Part shown: piece by piece, positions 37,841 through 47,843 of the stretch
How positions within the stretch are numbered: position 1 is the stretch's first letter
How the letters are laid out: every line of letters starts with the position of its first letter
Assembly: GCA_964621395.1 (NCBI GenBank)
Contig: CAZULS010000002.1
Location: 23,306-87,305 of the forward strand
Direction: 5' to 3'
DNA length: 64,000 bases
Origin: an uncultured Candidatus Saccharibacteria bacterium
GTDB taxonomy: Bacteria > Patescibacteriota > Minisyncoccia > Phycocordibacterales > JACNGX01
The notes under the pieces: model-generated
The model's database searches: none
What the model was told of the DNA's origin: nothing
Seen by the model: only the letters and a program-made list of their open reading frames with translations
Made by a program: the position numbers and the translations under genes

Positions 37841-38731
37841 ATGGCAAATAGACACTTGTGCAGAAGTATCGTGATGCAATCACTCTTTGAGTGGGATTTT
37901 GGCGGGTATACTGCCGATATAACAGAAATTGTGCATCGCAATGCAGAAGAATTCGCACCCGGGGAGACGCATACACCTTTTATGCTTACGCTCGCCGAAG
38001 GTGTGGTGAAAAAACACGCGAAACTTGATGAGATCATTTCGGTCGCCGCACCGGAATGGCCAATCGAAAAAATAGCAACGCTCAATAGAACCGTGCTCCG
38101 CATCGGTCTCTACGAGCTTCTTTTTGGCAATCACTCTGATGTGCCGCCGAAGGTTGCTATCAATGAAGCAATTGAGCTTGCCAAGACATTTGGTGGGGAC
38201 ACCAGCAGTCGTTTTGTAAACGGTGTTCTCGGTGCCGTGTATCGAGAAATGGGTGAGCCGGGCAAAGAACAAAAATCTCAGAAGAAGCAGCCGATTGATC
38301 GAAGCACACTTCCCATAGACCGTCTCATTGGCGCTGTGGTCTATGCCCGGACCGATGAGGGTCTTCGTTTGGGTCTCATTAAAGATGTCTTCGGTAAATG
38401 GACAATGGTGAAGGGCCACCTGAAAGAAGGAGAAGACGATGAGGCGGCCGTGCGAAGAAAAGTGCCGGATGAAATGGGTGCTGAGGTGAGTGAGGTGCGC
38501 GATCTTCTTGGTGAAAATGAGTATTTGGCAAATACCGATGACGGCGGGAAAATTCGCAAGCAGGTAAAATATTATCTCGTGGAAGCACACTACGGTGAGC
38601 TTCGCGCAGGTGAATCAGGCGGTATCGAGGATGCGGCATGGTTCCCGCTTGAAGAGGTTGCCGATCTCACTATGTACGACGATATCGTGCCTATCATTAC
38701 CAAGGGCGTGGAGCTTTTGATGGAGCGATGA
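37841..38731 (+). CDS. NusB-like antitermination domain fused to a NUDIX hydrolase domain
   Basis: N-terminal NusB signature (LNRTVLRIGLYELLF, AINEAIELAKTFGGDTSSRFVNGVLG). The C-terminal half has a Nudix-box-like GHLKEGEDDEAAVRRKVPDEMGAEV. Confidence 0.7.
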   Translation: MANRHLCRSIVMQSLFEWDFGGYTADITEIVHRNAEEFAPGETHTPFMLTLAEGVVKKHAKLDEIISVAAPEWPIEKIATLNRTVLRIGLYELLFGNHSDVPPKVAINEAIELAKTFGGDTSSRFVNGVLGAVYREMGEPGKEQKSQKKQPIDRSTLPIDRLIGAVVYARTDEGLRLGLIKDVFGKWTMVKGHLKEGEDDEAAVRRKVPDEMGAEVSEVRDLLGENEYLANTDDGGKIRKQVKYYLVEAHYGELRAGESGGIEDAAWFPLEEVADLTMYDDIVPIITKGVELLMER

Positions 38732-38744
38732 CATCTATGATGTC

Positions 38745-38822
38745 ATCCCGCACTTGATGCGGGATCTCGTAATTTTTTGCACATACTCTCTTTATCTGGA
38801 TTCCTGGTCAAGCCAGGAATGA
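38745..38822. repeat. Pair of REP-like hairpins
   Basis: gtcatcccgcacttgatgcgggatct and ggattcctggtcaagccaggaatgac. Confidence 0.7.
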
Positions 38823-38853
38823 CGATACTTACTGTTATTAGGTACATTCTCTT

Positions 38854-39555
38854 ATGGAAGAATCAAATCTTACAGCTTTTCTCAAACGTGCCGGCGTGGA
38901 AATGTCCGATATGCAGATTCTCATGCAGGCATTTACCCACCGCTCGTACTTAAACGAACATCCTAATCTTGGTTACGGTCATAATGAGCGCCTGGAATTT
39001 TTGGGTGACGCAGTGCTCGAGCTTTCTGTGACCGATTATCTTTATCGAGAGTATCCGGAGGAATCGGAAGGAGAGCTCACCGCATATCGCGCCGCACTGG
39101 TAAATACAGTGAGTATTTCAAGTGCAGCGAAGAGACTCGGCATGGAAGAGTGCCTGCAGCTTTCGCGCGGAGAAGCCAGGGGGACGGAAAAAGCACGCCA
39201 GTATATTCTTGCCAATACCTTTGAGGCAGTGATTGGCGCCATCTATCTTGACCAAGGGTATGAAGCGGCGGACCGTTTTATTAGTACTCATCTGACGCCG
39301 ACGATTACCGATATTATTAAAAAGCGTCTCTGGCAGGACGCCAAGAGCTATTTCCAAGAGCGTGCGCAAGACAAAGTGAATATCACGCCATCGTATAAGG
39401 TGGTGAAGGAAAGCGGTCCAGATCACGACAAGCAATTCACAGTGGGAGTGTATCTCGGGGAAGAGCTCGTAGCGAAAGGAAACGGTCGTTCCAAACAAGA
39501 CGCCGAACAAGAAGCGGCAGGCAATGCACTTGATGCTAAGGAGTGGCGAACCTAA
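38854..39555 (+). CDS. rnc: Ribonuclease III
   Basis: ERLEFLGDAVLEL signature, NTFEAVIGAIYLDQG, and a C-terminal dsRBD. Confidence 0.92.
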   Translation: MEESNLTAFLKRAGVEMSDMQILMQAFTHRSYLNEHPNLGYGHNERLEFLGDAVLELSVTDYLYREYPEESEGELTAYRAALVNTVSISSAAKRLGMEECLQLSRGEARGTEKARQYILANTFEAVIGAIYLDQGYEAADRFISTHLTPTITDIIKKRLWQDAKSYFQERAQDKVNITPSYKVVKESGPDHDKQFTVGVYLGEELVAKGNGRSKQDAEQEAAGNALDAKEWRT

Positions 39556-39718
39556 ATCAATGCCACTTCTCTTTCAGAAAAAAGAGAAGTGGCATTGATC
39601 GGTCAGAGGAAGAGTAAACTTGCCGTCATTCATTTCATACTTGATGCGGGATCTAAAAATAAAAAAACCAAAGAAAACACAAAACACTGCGAGCATGTAT
39701 GCTCGCAGTGTTTTGTGT

Positions 39719-39924
39719 TCCCAACGCCCTCTCTTGTCATTCCGGCCTCCGAGCCGGAATCCAGGGTCTTGTGCATATTATTTATGTCTGACTGGATTCT
39801 GAATCAAGTTCAGAATGACAAGTTATTACTTTCCACTGTCATTCCCGCCTCCGAGCGGGAATCTTCACAGAATCATCCTCAGAGGTTAGCTTGGGGAGAT
39901 CCCGCATCAAGTGCGGGATGACAC
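39719..39924. repeat. BIME-like cluster of four REP-like hairpins in alternating orientation
   Basis: GTCATTCCGGC-CTCCGA-GCCGGAAT (+), ATTCTGAA-TCAAG-TTCAGAATGAC (-), GTCATTCCCGC-CTCCGA-GCGGGAAT (+), AGATCCCGCATCAAGTGCGGGATGAC (-). A gcaacgcgatcatgaatgaccgcgctgc terminator-like hairpin follows at ~39945-39972. Confidence 0.75.
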
Positions 39925-40064
39925 AAAATAGAGTATAGAAAAAGCAACGCGATCATGAATGACCGCGCTGCTTTCTGTGCCGTTGACATACAGAGTGTAT
40001 AATGCTTAACTAACTATGGTCCTAAAAAGTTGTTTCAGGTTTAATCCAAAAGGAGAAGAGAACG

Positions 40065-40553
40065 ATGGGTAATACTACACAGAAGCTACCTTCAGAAGAA
40101 GTGTTTATGCAAGCACTTCAAATACTTAACCAGTCAGGACATCTCTTTGAAGACTATCTTGCGAAATCAGTTATTTCACGACAGGTTAAGTTATTGCAAC
40201 AGCAAAAACCGGAATCTCTTGAAATTTTGTCGTCTTCTGAGTTATTAGACCTCTTTTTCGACGTTCCTCTTCCTTCTTCTCGAGAACAAGTTGTTGTCAT
40301 GAACGAAATTGTTTCTCGATTTGAGAAGGTTGATGATTTCACGGGCGTGTATGAACTTTATAAAAGTTCTGAAATGTTTTCCGCACTATGGGGACGTGCA
40401 CATGAGAGAATATTTCTTTGCGGTTGGTTATCGAAATGCGAGACAGAGAATCACGTGCGTGAAGTATGGGAAAAGGCGGTGGGAAGTAGGTGCCACCTCT
40501 ACTCCATGTTCCTTATTCTGAAACGCCTTGCTGAAATTATTACCAAAGAGTGA
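40065..40553 (+). CDS. Hypothetical protein (162 aa)
   Basis: Clean ORF with no motif, followed by the terminator taacgactgtgtgagcagtcgtttttt (~40620-40647). Confidence 0.4.
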   Translation: MGNTTQKLPSEEVFMQALQILNQSGHLFEDYLAKSVISRQVKLLQQQKPESLEILSSSELLDLFFDVPLPSSREQVVVMNEIVSRFEKVDDFTGVYELYKSSEMFSALWGRAHERIFLCGWLSKCETENHVREVWEKAVGSRCHLYSMFLILKRLAEIITKE

Positions 40554-40661
40554 ACAAGGCCGTTTCAAAAGACTGTACAAGAAGTACAGTCTTTTTTCTA
40601 TTTTAGTCGTAACTTCTCTTAACGACTGTGTGAGCAGTCGTTTTTTGCTATAATACAGAGC

Positions 40662-42914
40662 ATGCTGAAATCGATTGAGGTGCAGGGGTTTAAGTCGTTT
40701 GCGAAGAAGAGCGAGCTTGAATTCTCCGCACCTATTTCTTGTATTGTGGGGCCCAACGGTTCCGGAAAATCAAATGTCACCGAGGCGCTGCGCTTTGTCT
40801 TGGGTGAGCAGTCTATGAAATCGCTTCGCAGCAAACGCGGAGAGGATTTGATTTGGAGCGGGTCGCAGGGGGCGCCGCGTTCGGGACGAGCGAGTGTGGA
40901 GATTGTCTTTGATAATACAAAGCGCATGTTTGATATGGATTTCGATGAAGTGTCGCTCAAACGCGTGGTCTCACGCGACGGAACAAACGAATATTTTGTG
41001 AATGGCTCGGCGGTGCGCCTGAAAGATGTGATGGAGCTTCTCTCCTCAGTGCATGTGGGCGCGTCCGGGCATCATATTATTTCCCAAGGAGAGGCGGACC
41101 GTATTTTGAATACATCGGCGAAAGAGCGTCGCAATATTGTGGAAGATGCGCTCGGTTTGAAAATTTATCACTTCAAGATTGCCGAGAGCGAAAAGAAGCT
41201 CAAGAAAACAGAGGAGAACATGAAGGAGGTGGAGGCTTTGCGAAGAGAGATTGCGCCTCATATGCGTTTCCTCAAAAAGCAGGTGGAGAAGGTGGAGAAG
41301 GCTCAAGAGCTTCGAGAAAAGCTCCGCGGACTCTATGTGGAGTATCTCAAGCGTGAGTCGCTCTATCTTGCGCATGCCGGAGATGAATACGAAACAAAAA
41401 AGAAAGAGCTTTCTCACAAACTTGAAGCGGTGGAGAAACGCATTGCCGAGGCACAAGCACGCATTGCCGGCCAAGAGAAGGGAGAGGACGTGGAGGATAC
41501 GTCAAAGCGATTACAGCTTGAAGAGGCGGTGAAAAAAGCACGTGAGAGAAAGGAGGTGGCGGGCAAAGAGCTCGGGCGCATTGAAGGTATGCTTTCAATT
41601 ACCGAAGGGCGTATTGCGCGTGCTGAAAAAGAGACCTATCATCCCGTGAGTCACGAATCAGTAACGCGTTTTCTTGATGGATTAGAGGAAGCGCTGAAAG
41701 ACACGAGCGACACCAGTATGCTCGGACGTATCCTCATGGATGTGAAAAAGCGCATTGAAGATTTTCGCTCGTCGGTCGTGAGCGAGAGTAAGGAAGCGGA
41801 AATTGCTGCTGCCGCCGAAGAGAAGGTGCGATTGGAGACAGAGCGAAAGGAAGCACATGATTTCTTTGAACACGCGGGAAACGATGAAGACGCGGCGCGG
41901 CGCGCACTGGCCGCTTACGAACACGAAGTAGCGGAAGAGAAAAGCGCATCACACACTGCCGAAACGGAACTCTATGCGTATCGCGCGGAAAGAAACGAGA
42001 TTTCTGCACAGATGGCACGTGTGGAGGACACTCTGGCGCGTATTGAAAAAGACTCGCACGTCTTTGAAGAAGAGATTCGTGAAGGCATGGTGCTCATTGG
42101 CGGTGCTATTCGAGATTTTGATACGTATGTATGTGATGAGACAGAAGCACTGAATGAAGCGCGCGAGGCCCAGGAGGATCGCCGTCGCAGTATTGAGCGT
42201 ATTAAGATTCGCTTAGAGGAGACAGGGGTTGGCGGGGGAGAAGACGTGCTGAAGGAATACGAAGAGACAGCAGAGCGCGATGGATTCCTTGCTTCACAGC
42301 TCGGTGATTTGGAAGAGACAGCCACATCACTTCGCACACTTGCAGCTGAGTTGGAGGCAGAGCTTGATACGGCGTTTAAGAGTGGTTTGGAGAAAATCAA
42401 TGAACAATTCAATACCTTTTTCACGCTTATGTTTGGTGGGGGAAATGCCGCACTCAAACTGGTAAAAATGGAAAAGCGCAAGAAGAAAGATGAGGAGATT
42501 GATATTGATATGGATAATATGGACGGAAGCCTAAACGCCGACGAGTCGGCGTCGGCCGAGGAGGGAATCGATATTGCGGTGTCGTTGCCACGAAAGAAAA
42601 TCCACGGACTGCAGATGCTCTCAGGTGGGGAGCGTGCACTGACATCTATTGCACTCATCTTTGCCATGTCGCAGATCAACCCGCCGCCGTTTCTCGTCCT
42701 TGATGAAACGGACGCGGCACTCGATGAAGCCAATTCGCGCCGCTATGGCGACATGCTCGAGAATCTTGCAAAGCATTCCCAGCTTATTGTGGTGACCCAC
42801 AATCGCGAGACGATGTCACGGGCAGGTGTGCTCTACGGTGTGACTATGGGATCCGACGCTGTTTCTCGCCTCATCTCAGTGAAGCTCGAAGAAGCTGCGG
42901 CGTATGCGAAATGA
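40662..42914 (+). CDS. smc: SMC-family chromosome-segregation-type ABC ATPase (short coiled coil, 750 aa)
   Basis: N-terminal IEVQGFKSFA...GPNGSGKSN, long coiled-coil middle, ABC signature LSGGERALTSIAL, Walker B/D-loop FLVLDETDAALD. It contains the in-frame palindromic element at 42529-42566. An extended -10 TGcTATAAT lies at 40638-40646. Confidence 0.8.
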   Translation: MLKSIEVQGFKSFAKKSELEFSAPISCIVGPNGSGKSNVTEALRFVLGEQSMKSLRSKRGEDLIWSGSQGAPRSGRASVEIVFDNTKRMFDMDFDEVSLKRVVSRDGTNEYFVNGSAVRLKDVMELLSSVHVGASGHHIISQGEADRILNTSAKERRNIVEDALGLKIYHFKIAESEKKLKKTEENMKEVEALRREIAPHMRFLKKQVEKVEKAQELREKLRGLYVEYLKRESLYLAHAGDEYETKKKELSHKLEAVEKRIAEAQARIAGQEKGEDVEDTSKRLQLEEAVKKARERKEVAGKELGRIEGMLSITEGRIARAEKETYHPVSHESVTRFLDGLEEALKDTSDTSMLGRILMDVKKRIEDFRSSVVSESKEAEIAAAAEEKVRLETERKEAHDFFEHAGNDEDAARRALAAYEHEVAEEKSASHTAETELYAYRAERNEISAQMARVEDTLARIEKDSHVFEEEIREGMVLIGGAIRDFDTYVCDETEALNEAREAQEDRRRSIERIKIRLEETGVGGGEDVLKEYEETAERDGFLASQLGDLEETATSLRTLAAELEAELDTAFKSGLEKINEQFNTFFTLMFGGGNAALKLVKMEKRKKKDEEIDIDMDNMDGSLNADESASAEEGIDIAVSLPRKKIHGLQMLSGGERALTSIALIFAMSQINPPPFLVLDETDAALDEANSRRYGDMLENLAKHSQLIVVTHNRETMSRAGVLYGVTMGSDAVSRLISVKLEEAAAYAK

Positions 42915-42966
42915 TTTTGAAATATGAAGAACGAAATATGAAATATGTATAAAACAGAGCAATCTT

Positions 42967-43047
42967 CTCCTCCGTCATCCCGCACTTGATGCGGGATCTC
43001 GAGCAAGTGCTTTCATAAAATAAGATTCCCGATCAAGTCGGGAATGA
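42967..43047. repeat. Pair of REP-like hairpins
   Basis: gtcatcccgcacttgatgcgggatct and gattcccgatcaagtcgggaatgac. Confidence 0.7.
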
Positions 43048-43127
43048 CAAAAAATAGAAAAAGAAAAAGGCGCGATGTTCCTTCAGGAACATCGCGCCGT
43101 CTCGATTTTCGCGGTACCATATTATAT

Positions 43128-43514
43128 ATGAAACATATTTCACCAGTATTTTCGATAATCATTATTGGTCTTGTTGTCGGATATGTACTAACCGACTTTG
43201 TCTTCATTGGAGATTGGACATATCTTTTCATTGTTCCCTCGTTATTCGGTATCGCAGTTGTTTTGGCGCAGAAAGGAAATCGCAGTATTGATTTTCTAAA
43301 ATACTTGGCGATAGGGTCTATGTTGTTCGGTGTGTTCATGCCAGCTCTTCATTATGGGAAGATGTGGTATTTGTATAGCGAAAAGATGAGCATGACGTTT
43401 GATATGATGATAACACAAAGCGTCATGCCAACAGTTTTTTATTTTACAACCGTAAGTTTTATTGCGGGACTTCTCGCTATTGTTGCGCGAGGATTTTGGG
43501 GTATGAGGAAATAA
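43128..43514 (+). CDS. Integral membrane protein, hypothetical (4 TM)
   Basis: ATG at 43128 (MKHISPVF). The annotated upstream extension to 43044 lies in repeats. Followed by REP-like hairpins at 43514-43540 and 43567-43591. Confidence 0.45.
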   Translation: MKHISPVFSIIIIGLVVGYVLTDFVFIGDWTYLFIVPSLFGIAVVLAQKGNRSIDFLKYLAIGSMLFGVFMPALHYGKMWYLYSEKMSMTFDMMITQSVMPTVFYFTTVSFIAGLLAIVARGFWGMRK

Positions 43515-43678
43515 TATGGTGTCATTCTGAACTCGATTCAGAATCTATCCCGATGTTGTCTTTAATGACGAAGATTCCGCATCAAGTGCGGAATGACAGA
43601 GAATAGAAAAAAGAAAAAGGCGCGATGTTCCCGAAGGAACACCGCGCCTTTTGGCTTGAGAAAGTAAAAACCCGGCAA

Positions 43679-44401
43679 TTATGCGCCGGGCTTTGCTCGT
43701 TTCTTAAACGTTTTCACATCTGCATGACCAGACACCAGTGCGACCGGCAATGATGCGAAGAATGCCACAAACGGTGTTGCAATGAACGTTTGGGTTGTGT
43801 TCCATTTGTGCCATACGTCCCCGAGACAGAAGAGTGTAAAAATACTCACTCCAATGGTGCCAACAAGGTGAACGGTCTCCTTTGTAAACACCTCTGTATC
43901 ATCACCAACAGCAAGAAAGAATCCGAAGAGACACAGACCAATGAGCTGAACATAGTGTACTGCCGTTGTTATTATCTCGCTGCACAGAAAGATAATACTC
44001 GCAATGACAAGGATAACAAGGGTCCCTATTGTCATACATTTGTCATTGAGGAACGTTGGATACATCTTTGTGTCTTGGAATAATCTTTTCGATGCCGCAA
44101 CAAGAAAGAGTGGTTGCACAAATATGTATTGCGCTTCTCCATGTGCGAAATACGTGTAGAGAAAGATTGAGAAGAACATGAGTGCAGCCAAAACAACAGA
44201 TACGCGCATCTGTGTTCTGTCTTTTGTAATCAAATAGTTGACTGCCAGTACATCCGCGAGGATATAGAAGACAGAAATGAGAACGAATTCCGTTTTGTTC
44301 CCTGTGACATCAAGTGACAGCGCGATAGTGAGTGAAATGATGAAGAAAGGAGCTGTCAGAATTTGGAGACGATACGGCTCCAGTGCTTTTGGTAATGACA
44401 T
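43679..44401 (-). CDS. Integral membrane protein, hypothetical (~7 TM)
   Basis: Hydrophobic multi-helix ORF. Confidence 0.45.
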   Translation of the reverse strand: MSLPKALEPYRLQILTAPFFIISLTIALSLDVTGNKTEFVLISVFYILADVLAVNYLITKDRTQMRVSVVLAALMFFSIFLYTYFAHGEAQYIFVQPLFLVAASKRLFQDTKMYPTFLNDKCMTIGTLVILVIASIIFLCSEIITTAVHYVQLIGLCLFGFFLAVGDDTEVFTKETVHLVGTIGVSIFTLFCLGDVWHKWNTTQTFIATPFVAFFASLPVALVSGHADVKTFKKRAKPGA

Positions 44402-44551
44402 CGTCTTCTGGTTTTAGTGTGATTGAAGGTACAGGTATTGGCGTATAGTAATCATTATTTGATTGATATGCAAGCAAAAAGCGCGGGCGTATGCCCGCGC
44501 TTTTTACTGTCTCTTGCAAAGCCACATTACCTATTTTCTAATTCCTAACTT

Positions 44552-46690
44552 CTAACTCCTATCCTCTATCACCTCCATATCAAGCGAACGGGTGGCGATG
44601 TCGGCGCGGACGAGACGCACGCGAACATGATCGCCCACGCGGTAGCGCTTTTTGGTGCGTTGTCCCACGAGTGCATACTGTGCTTGATCGTACTCATACA
44701 TGTCATCACTTAGTGTGCGCACGTGTACCAATCCATCGCCGAGTGTTTCTGCCTCTTGCACGAAGAAGCCGAAGTTGGTCACACCGGAGATGGTACCTTC
44801 AAATTCTTCTCCCACGCGGCCTTTGAGATATTCCACTTGCTTATATTTCACAGACGAACGCTCCGCTTCAGCGGCTTTTGCTTCGCGTTCGGAGGCGTAC
44901 CGCGTCATCACTTCGTAGCGCTCGAGCTCTTCTTCACTCGCACGATTTTCCGCAAGTTCGTGTGCAAGCAAACGGTGCACCATGAGATCGGGATATCGGC
45001 GAATAGGAGAGGTGAAGTGTGTGTAATGCTCAAAAGCAAGTCCGTAGTGTCCGATATTGTTTGTGGAATAGATTGCCTTTGCCATGGAGCGAATAGCCGC
45101 GGTGGTGATCACACGTTCTTCCTCAGAGCCTTCAATTGCTTTGAGAAGCGTGTTGATATCGCGAGAATCCGGACCTTCACCTTCTTTGCCAAGCGGCAGG
45201 TCATAGCCGAGTGTTTTCACAAATGTAGCAAGCTCGGCAATGCGGTCTTCGTTGGGGACATCATGCACGCGATACACAAAAGAATCAGCCACTGCCGGAT
45301 TGGCACGGTCGATATACTCAGCTACGCGCTTATTCGCCAGAAGCATCAAATCTTCCACCAATTTGTGAGCGGCGAAGCGTTCTTTTATTTTCACCCCTGT
45401 GGGCACACCACTTGCATCCAGCGTGAATTTTACTTCTTGTGTTTCAAAGGCGATGGCGCCTTTTTCAAACCGCTCTTTGCGGAGCGCTTCAGACACCGCG
45501 TTGAGCGAAGTGAGCGCTTCAGTGTGCGGACTCTCGGCACCTTCAAGCACTGCTTGTGCATCTTCATAGGTGAAGCGCTTGTCGGAATAGATCACACTGC
45601 GACCAAACCATTCCTTGGTAATATCCACAGCACCTCTCCGAAGTGCCGTGCGGTCAATTTCAAAGACGGCAGAGAAGGCGAGTTTGTCTTCTTCCGGATT
45701 CAAACTGCATACATCATTGGAAAGCACTTCCGGAAGCATCGGGATGGTGCGGTCTACCAGATACACTGATGTGGCACGTGTGGCAGCCTCGGCATCAATA
45801 GCGCCACCGGGTGTCACATAGTGTGAGACATCGGCAATGTGCACGCCCACTTCGATTGTCTTCTCATTTATCACACGGAAGGAAAGTGCGTCATCAAAAT
45901 CCTTCGCATCTTCCGGGTCGATGGTGCAGGTGAAGATATCGCGCATATCACGACGCTTTGCAATTTCTTCTTCCGAAATACTCCGATCAATGAGCGAAGC
46001 CTCGCGTTCTACCTCTTCGGGAAAATCAGGAGCAATACCGCGTTCGAAACACACAGCGCGCATTTCTGTTTCGTGATCGCCCGCCATACCGATACGCTCA
46101 AGCACCTGGCCTTTTGGGGTGGTGTTGGCGTCATTCCATGGATGCATGTTCACATACACTTTCTCGCCTTCGCGCACGGGCGTGGTGTCGTCTGTGATAC
46201 AAATCTTCACATACATGCGATTGTCATCAGGGACGACAGACGTGCCACATTCTTCTTTCACCACGGTGCCCACAAAGCGCATGCGTGTGCGGGTGATAAT
46301 CTCTTCCACACGGCCCTGTATTTCACCGCGCATGTTTTTGCCTGTGGTGTGCACGCGGACGATATCACCATGAAAAGCGGTGCCCAAATGTTCCGGCTCA
46401 ATGCGCACACGCTCGGTACTCTCAGACGAAAGGGGAATATATCCCACGCCTTTACCGGTGATGGAGATGATTCCTTCCAGCTCTTTTGTCTTTATCTTTC
46501 CGCGCTTCGGCTTGCCCGTCATTCCTTTGCCTGCGCCCGCTTTCGGGTGGGCAGGCTTGCCCTTAGCGCCTGAAAAACCCCGACGTGAATCGGATTTCGT
46601 GCCCGGGCGTTTCTTTGAAGCGCCTTTTCGAGGAGCCTTGCTCCCTTTAGATTTGAATTGTTTCATTGTGCGCAGTATAGCAGAAACCAC
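44552..46690 (-). CDS. rnr: Ribonuclease R / RNase II-family 3'-5' exoribonuclease
   Basis: Cold-shock/OB N-region, RNB domain (HIADVSHYV), a C-terminal S1 domain, and a Lys-rich N-terminal extension. Start is possibly at the internal Met ~46666. Confidence 0.9.
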   Translation of the reverse strand: MVSAILRTMKQFKSKGSKAPRKGASKKRPGTKSDSRRGFSGAKGKPAHPKAGAGKGMTGKPKRGKIKTKELEGIISITGKGVGYIPLSSESTERVRIEPEHLGTAFHGDIVRVHTTGKNMRGEIQGRVEEIITRTRMRFVGTVVKEECGTSVVPDDNRMYVKICITDDTTPVREGEKVYVNMHPWNDANTTPKGQVLERIGMAGDHETEMRAVCFERGIAPDFPEEVEREASLIDRSISEEEIAKRRDMRDIFTCTIDPEDAKDFDDALSFRVINEKTIEVGVHIADVSHYVTPGGAIDAEAATRATSVYLVDRTIPMLPEVLSNDVCSLNPEEDKLAFSAVFEIDRTALRRGAVDITKEWFGRSVIYSDKRFTYEDAQAVLEGAESPHTEALTSLNAVSEALRKERFEKGAIAFETQEVKFTLDASGVPTGVKIKERFAAHKLVEDLMLLANKRVAEYIDRANPAVADSFVYRVHDVPNEDRIAELATFVKTLGYDLPLGKEGEGPDSRDINTLLKAIEGSEEERVITTAAIRSMAKAIYSTNNIGHYGLAFEHYTHFTSPIRRYPDLMVHRLLAHELAENRASEEELERYEVMTRYASEREAKAAEAERSSVKYKQVEYLKGRVGEEFEGTISGVTNFGFFVQEAETLGDGLVHVRTLSDDMYEYDQAQYALVGQRTKKRYRVGDHVRVRLVRADIATRSLDMEVIEDRS

Positions 46691-46732
46691 TTTTGCTTGC
46701 CAGATGTGCGAGGGTGTGCTAGGATATGCCCC

Positions 46733-47269
46733 ATGTTAAAAATACGTTTACAACGCGTTGGCCGTAAACATGACCCGTCTTTCCGCGTGGTGGTGACGGA
46801 TTCTCGTTTCGCTGCTCAGAGTGGTAAGGCGCTTGAAGTACTCGGTTCATATAACCCGCGTTTCGATAACCCAACACTCAAAGAAGATCGTATCAAGGAA
46901 TGGATTGCCAAAGGTGCGCAGACATCCGGTACGGTACACAACATCCTCGTTGGCGCAGGTATTATTGAAGGGAAGAAGGTGAATGTGCTCCCGAAGAAGG
47001 CACCGATTAAGAAGGAGAATGAAGACCAAAACGCCGACGAGTCGGCATCGGTCAAGGAGGCAGAAGCGGAAGCTCCGGTGGCGGAAGAAGCATCGTCTGA
47101 GACACCAGCTGACCAAAATTCCTCTGAAGAGGAATTGGTCAAGGAAGAAGCTGCACCTGAAGCTCTAGCTGAAGAGAAGGCAGAAGAGACATCTCAAGAA
47201 GAAGCACCAACTGAAGCTGAAGCATCTGAAGATGCACCGGCTGAAGAGGAAGAGAAGAAAGAAGAGTAA
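46733..47269 (+). CDS. rpsP: 30S ribosomal protein S16 with long acidic C-terminal extension
   Basis: MLKIRLQRVGRKHDPSFRVVVTDSR S16 core. The ~90-aa Glu/Ala-rich tail contains the in-frame palindromic element at 47025-47062. Confidence 0.88.
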   Translation: MLKIRLQRVGRKHDPSFRVVVTDSRFAAQSGKALEVLGSYNPRFDNPTLKEDRIKEWIAKGAQTSGTVHNILVGAGIIEGKKVNVLPKKAPIKKENEDQNADESASVKEAEAEAPVAEEASSETPADQNSSEEELVKEEAAPEALAEEKAEETSQEEAPTEAEASEDAPAEEEEKKEE

Positions 47270-47282
47270 TATAATAATCCAA

Positions 47283-47390
47283 AAACAGCCTGACACCACT
47301 TTTACATTTCTTTTCAAGAAACACCGTCTCGTGACGGTGTTTCTTGAATCATGATATAAACGTCTTCGTAATCGAAAGTGGTGTCAGGCT
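47283..47390 (+). terminator. Nested terminator: 21-bp outer inverted repeat enclosing a 13-bp hairpin
   Basis: aaaacagcctgacaccacttt ... aagaaacaccgtc-tcgt-gacggtgtttctt ... aaagtggtgtcaggctgtttt. Confidence 0.6.
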
Positions 47391-47472
47391 GTTTTGTGTT
47401 TGACCCAACAATTCCCAACGTGTATTCTAGAGGAAGGAATTTGTTTTTTCTAACACTTAATCATACAACGCT

Positions 47473-47748
47473 ATGCAGGTACAAATGATTACTGTGGTCT
47501 TTTTGATGTTTACCACAATTTTTGCTTGGGGTTTGAGCGCAAGCATGGAGGATGAGGGATTTAAATGGAAAGGTCTCTCGGGTATGTTTCTCATCATTGT
47601 TCTGTTTTGCGGAACAGTTGGGGTACTTCCTTTTGCGCTTCCCCTTGATCAAGTGGAGGCACTTGCGTCCCCGTTAGCTATTGTTGCCTTCTTGGCATAC
47701 GTAGTTCCTTTGTTTGCTCACCGAAGACAAAAACACATCGCATCCTGA
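47473..47748 (+). CDS. Small membrane protein, hypothetical (91 aa)
   Basis: Three hydrophobic helices. Confidence 0.35.
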   Translation: MQVQMITVVFLMFTTIFAWGLSASMEDEGFKWKGLSGMFLIIVLFCGTVGVLPFALPLDQVEALASPLAIVAFLAYVVPLFAHRRQKHIAS

Positions 47749-47843
47749 GAGGTGCGATTTTTATTTGACTCCCCAACACAAAAAAGGTATGTTTTAGAGC
47801 ATTATAGTTCCTTAATTTTGAATGTAACTTAAACAGGAAGACG

